Assembly: GCA_963977445.1 (NCBI GenBank)
Contig: CAXBPH010000252.1
Location: 1 to 10,240, forward strand
Source: an uncultured bacterium
GTDB lineage: Bacteria; Hydrogenedentota; Hydrogenedentia; Hydrogenedentales; JAEUWI01
DNA length: 10,240 nt
Direction: 5' to 3'
Position numbers and translations under genes: made by a program. The stretch's first letter is position 1, and every line of letters begins with the position of its first letter. The notes under the pieces are model-generated. The model did not search any database and had not been told where the DNA came from. It saw only the letters and a program-made list of their open reading frames with translations. Shown one piece after another: positions 7,804-10,240 of the stretch.

Positions 7804-7832
7804 ACGAAAGGAAGTATAGCAAAGCCTTTCGT
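7804..7832 (-). promoter_or_regulatory. Extended -10 (TGCTATACT, 7821-7813) inside a perfect 8-bp inverted repeat, upstream of araM
   Basis: ACGAAAGG (7804-7811)-N13-CCTTTCGT (7825-7832) flanks TGCTATACT on the minus strand, 55 nt upstream of the ATG. An AGGA RBS candidate precedes the ATG. Confidence 0.6.
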
Positions 7833-7919
7833 TGCAAGGCAGTTTTGGTGTGGGTGCAGGCACGAAGAATGGCGCAGAGGGCTACTTGGGGCGCTACACG
7901 GCCCGTCGAGCGTTGGTAT

Positions 7920-8363
7920 TTATTCGGGGTGCGTGAGTTTTTGCACCGTCTCGATTTTCTTCAGTTTGCGCCACAAGGTGTTGCGGCCAATCCCGAGAAT
8001 ACGCGCAGTCTTTGCCTGGTTGTTCTTACAACGACGTAATGTTGAAAGAATATGGGTCGCTTCCACTTCTTCCAGGGTGTTGGGGTCATCGGAAGATTCT
8101 TGAGAGGAGGCACCTGCAGATGATTTGCGTTGAAGCGCCCGCTCTACCATGAGGCCCGCCTCACCGGGTTGAAAGGGCAGAAAAATATAACCGAAGACGC
8201 CCTGCCGCATGGCCTGAATGGCAACGGGCAATTGCTCCATCTTGCTGAGCACCAGTACCGCTGTTTCCGTGGATACCCGCTCGACCGCCGCCGTGTAGTT
8301 GTCCGTAATCAGCAGGGGGGCCCCGCTTTCACAGAAAAGATTTCCGATGGATGGCGATACCAT
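7920..8363 (-). CDS. Partial/degenerate receiver domain fused to a Fis-type HTH (HTH_8); start uncertain, possibly a gene remnant
   Basis: The C-terminus TLEEVEATHILSTLRRCKNNQAKTARILGIGRNTLWRKLKK is an NtrC/Fis HTH. PLLITD...AVLVLS...AIQAMRQGVFGYIFLPF...MVERAL matches REC beta3-alpha5. No Walker A or GAFTGA motif. ATG 8363 overlaps the upstream gene by 35 nt. Confidence 0.75.
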   Translation of the reverse strand: MVSPSIGNLFCESGAPLLITDNYTAAVERVSTETAVLVLSKMEQLPVAIQAMRQGVFGYIFLPFQPGEAGLMVERALQRKSSAGASSQESSDDPNTLEEVEATHILSTLRRCKNNQAKTARILGIGRNTLWRKLKKIETVQKLTHPE

Positions 8364-9753
8364 CACCGTGGGAGGCCTGGGTCGTCCAAAAAAGCCACCC
8401 ACCTTCCCCCGCATAGGCCACGTCGGCTGCCACATCAAAAAGCTGGGTGTGCCGCGTCAGGCGGTATTTCAGCCGCGTGTTGTCGAAGCGATAGGTTTCG
8501 AGGGCATTCAGTTCATTGATATAGGTCAGGCCATTGTCCTCGGTCCATAGTCGTACGCTGCCTTCCCGTGCCCGGCCCCGCTTCAGGGACAGTCGGTCGC
8601 GGGTCTGGTCGTCGAGATCTTCCACATAGGCCAGGAGCCAGCGAAACAGGGATTCTTCCTGGTACCAGACTCTCGTTTCGTCCGGAAATACGGTCATGGC
8701 CAGCGGAGAATCAGGATGGCCCCGCAAGCTATTGGTGTCGACCACCTGGGTGCGGGTATATAGCCGTACGAGCCGTTGTTCTTTCTCGTGAAAGTAGACC
8801 GCCCGCCCTTCCCCCTGGGACCACTCCACAAAAACCAGCCCGTCGGTGTTCACTTCTGCGGGCATACGCTCGACCCGCTCACCGGTAGCAACGGTGACGA
8901 AGGCACCATCAGCGAGGGCCAGCAGCTCTCCGTCGGGCGATAAATTGTTGACGAGGTGGGTAGGGGCCTCGTCTGCGGTGCAGGCATAGTCGCTTATCTT
9001 GCGATGTCCATCGGCACCCAGGCGAATGAAGTCGATGGTCGTCGCCGCGTTCTCGTCGTTGTTGATTCGGAGGGCCATGGTGACGCCCTCGTCGTCTATC
9101 CGAATACCCACGGGATAGCCCGAAAATTCGTCGTGACGCAATTCGGTTAACTGCGCCTCTCGGTGTGAATAGAGCGTTGTTTTGAGAGACGAGACCCCGG
9201 TATGCGTAAGGAGCAGCGTTCCTGCGTCGTTCGTCTCGATCAGCATTTCCTCCGGGCCCGCAATATGGATGGTCCCGGTGCGCAGGGGCTCACCGAGGAG
9301 CCAGGGCAGCAAGAAGGTGTGCATCGCGGCGGCCACGAGACACATCAGCAGGGTAAAACGTTGGGCATGGGGGCCTTCCAGCCGGGAAAAGAGCCAATGA
9401 ACCCCCAGAAACACGGCGATAAATATGCCCGGCACGATAATGAGGGTCAGGGCCTGGGAAAAGGACATATCCAGGATACCCGAGAATATGGGTAGCATGA
9501 GTCGGGGCAAGAATCCGAGGGTCAGGAATACCTGGGCGGCCAGGAGTTTACCCCAGCCCGCCTTGGAAATGGCCATGAGGTAGGTGATGAGTCCGGCCAT
9601 AATGCCCAATTCACCATAGGCAACCTGGGTGAAGGAAAAGCAATCGAAGACTTCGTGGGCGATGGGCAGGGGAAAGGGCAGGGCCAAGCACAACAGGCTG
9701 GCCACGATGGTTTTACGATCCCAGCGTGGGGAGGGGGTGGGCGTGGGTTCCAT
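8329..9753 (-). CDS. Hypothetical membrane protein: ~5 N-terminal TM helices plus a probable beta-propeller (TolB/WD40-like) domain
   Basis: Five hydrophobic segments in aa ~15-155. The remaining ~315 aa are beta-rich with blade-like motifs LSPDGELLAL, VEWSQGEGRAVYF, VFPDETRVWY and LWTEDNGLTY. Confidence 0.75.
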   Translation of the reverse strand: MEPTPTPSPRWDRKTIVASLLCLALPFPLPIAHEVFDCFSFTQVAYGELGIMAGLITYLMAISKAGWGKLLAAQVFLTLGFLPRLMLPIFSGILDMSFSQALTLIIVPGIFIAVFLGVHWLFSRLEGPHAQRFTLLMCLVAAAMHTFLLPWLLGEPLRTGTIHIAGPEEMLIETNDAGTLLLTHTGVSSLKTTLYSHREAQLTELRHDEFSGYPVGIRIDDEGVTMALRINNDENAATTIDFIRLGADGHRKISDYACTADEAPTHLVNNLSPDGELLALADGAFVTVATGERVERMPAEVNTDGLVFVEWSQGEGRAVYFHEKEQRLVRLYTRTQVVDTNSLRGHPDSPLAMTVFPDETRVWYQEESLFRWLLAYVEDLDDQTRDRLSLKRGRAREGSVRLWTEDNGLTYINELNALETYRFDNTRLKYRLTRHTQLFDVAADVAYAGEGGWLFWTTQASHGDGIAIHRKSFL

Positions 9754-9805
9754 AGGTCGGTCTCGCTGCAGGTTGCCTGTTCATCGTGGGTGGGCTGTAT
9801 GACGG

Positions 9806-9814
9806 ATGGTATCA
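9806..9814 (-). promoter_or_regulatory. Candidate extended -10 promoter (TGATACCAT) for the membrane-protein gene
   Basis: TGnTAnnAT on the minus strand, 52 nt upstream of ATG 9753. No consensus -35. Confidence 0.4.
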
Positions 9815-9933
9815 CGGCCCACAAAAGGAGTACCACGGCCGCAGACGCAATATTCGGCCCCAATTGGCATGGGAAGGGTGGGAAAGGGCTCAGTGGGCTC
9901 TTTTTTGGTACCTCGCCCGGAAGAAAGGTAAAT

Positions 9934-9966
9934 TTGACACCAATATGTGTCGAGATCGAATATAAT
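9934..9966 (+). promoter_or_regulatory. Sigma-70-type promoter elements TTGACA-N21-TATAAT with an internal dyad
   Basis: Perfect TTGACA at 9934-9939 and TATAAT at 9961-9966. The dyad GACAC-CAATAT-GTGTC spans 9936-9951. Confidence 0.65.
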
Positions 9967-9973
9967 AGGTGCT

Positions 9974-10240
9974 ATGGATGATTTTATGGAACAAATTGAA
10001 CGGTATCGGGACGAGTTTTACCGATACACGATTCGCACGCTCTGGGATTCTGGAATGGCGGAGGATGTTTTCTCTTCGGCCGTTCTGGCGGCCTGGGAAA
10101 ACCGTCATAAGTTTACCCCGGGTACCAATTTTCGGGCGTGGATGTATCGCATCATTACCAATAAGTGCTACGTGGCCAACCGACATACCGGTCGGACGCC
10201 TGCGCCAATTGATGATGTGCCCGAATCGGCATTCTTGTCC
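9974..10240 (+). CDS. ECF-type RNA polymerase sigma factor (5' part, runs off the window)
   Basis: Manual translation: MDDFMEQIERYRDEFYRYTIRTLWDSGMAEDVFSSAVLAAWENRHKFTPGTNFRAWMYRIITNKCYVANRHTGRTPAPIDDVPESAFLS. It has sigma region 2 motifs AEDV and F-x-x-GTNFRAWMYRIITN. Absent from the ORF track because there is no stop in the window. Confidence 0.92.
   Translation, partial: MDDFMEQIERYRDEFYRYTIRTLWDSGMAEDVFSSAVLAAWENRHKFTPGTNFRAWMYRIITNKCYVANRHTGRTPAPIDDVPESAFLS

Noticed and set aside
9522..9863. 113-aa minus-strand ORF with a hydrophobic N-terminus
   Set aside because: Overlaps the membrane-protein gene out of frame for 232 nt and covers its candidate promoter; non-ATG start.
9937..9950. 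ACACCAATATGTGT resembling an NrdR box
   Set aside because: The spacing is ACAC-N6-GTGT rather than N8, it is a single copy, and no ribonucleotide reductase gene is visible.
10046..10080. Ser-rich region 2.2 (DSGMAEDVFSSA) suggesting a phosphorylation-activated ECF
   Set aside because: The acidic AED of the DAED motif is retained and no Ser/Thr kinase gene is visible.
9890..10186. 98-aa minus-strand ORF
   Set aside because: Antisense to the clear ECF sigma factor reading frame.

Overview
GC-rich bacterial window with two functional blocks. The left block (1-4945) is a surface-polysaccharide cluster: a probable 3' gene fragment, a GT2 rhamnosyltransferase-like gene (+), a convergent stand-alone rmlD/rfbD (-), and a divergent, translationally coupled GT4 glycosyltransferase plus Wzx-type flippase (+). 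A hairpin-rich 356-nt gap follows. The right block is a minus-strand run of four genes: a ~5-TM membrane protein with a probable beta-propeller domain, an N-terminally incomplete receiver/Fis-HTH regulator with no AAA+ domain, an AraM/EgsA-type sn-glycerol-1-phosphate dehydrogenase, and, coupled to it by an ATGA overlap, an unknown, probably exported, helical-repeat protein with a Pro-rich tail. The window ends in the 5' part of a divergent ECF sigma factor that the ORF track missed. It lies behind an unusual TTGACA-N21-TATAAT promoter with a dyad, placed for leaderless translation. No rRNA, tRNA, CRISPR array or transposase was seen. All calls come from motif reading by eye; no database search or folding was run.
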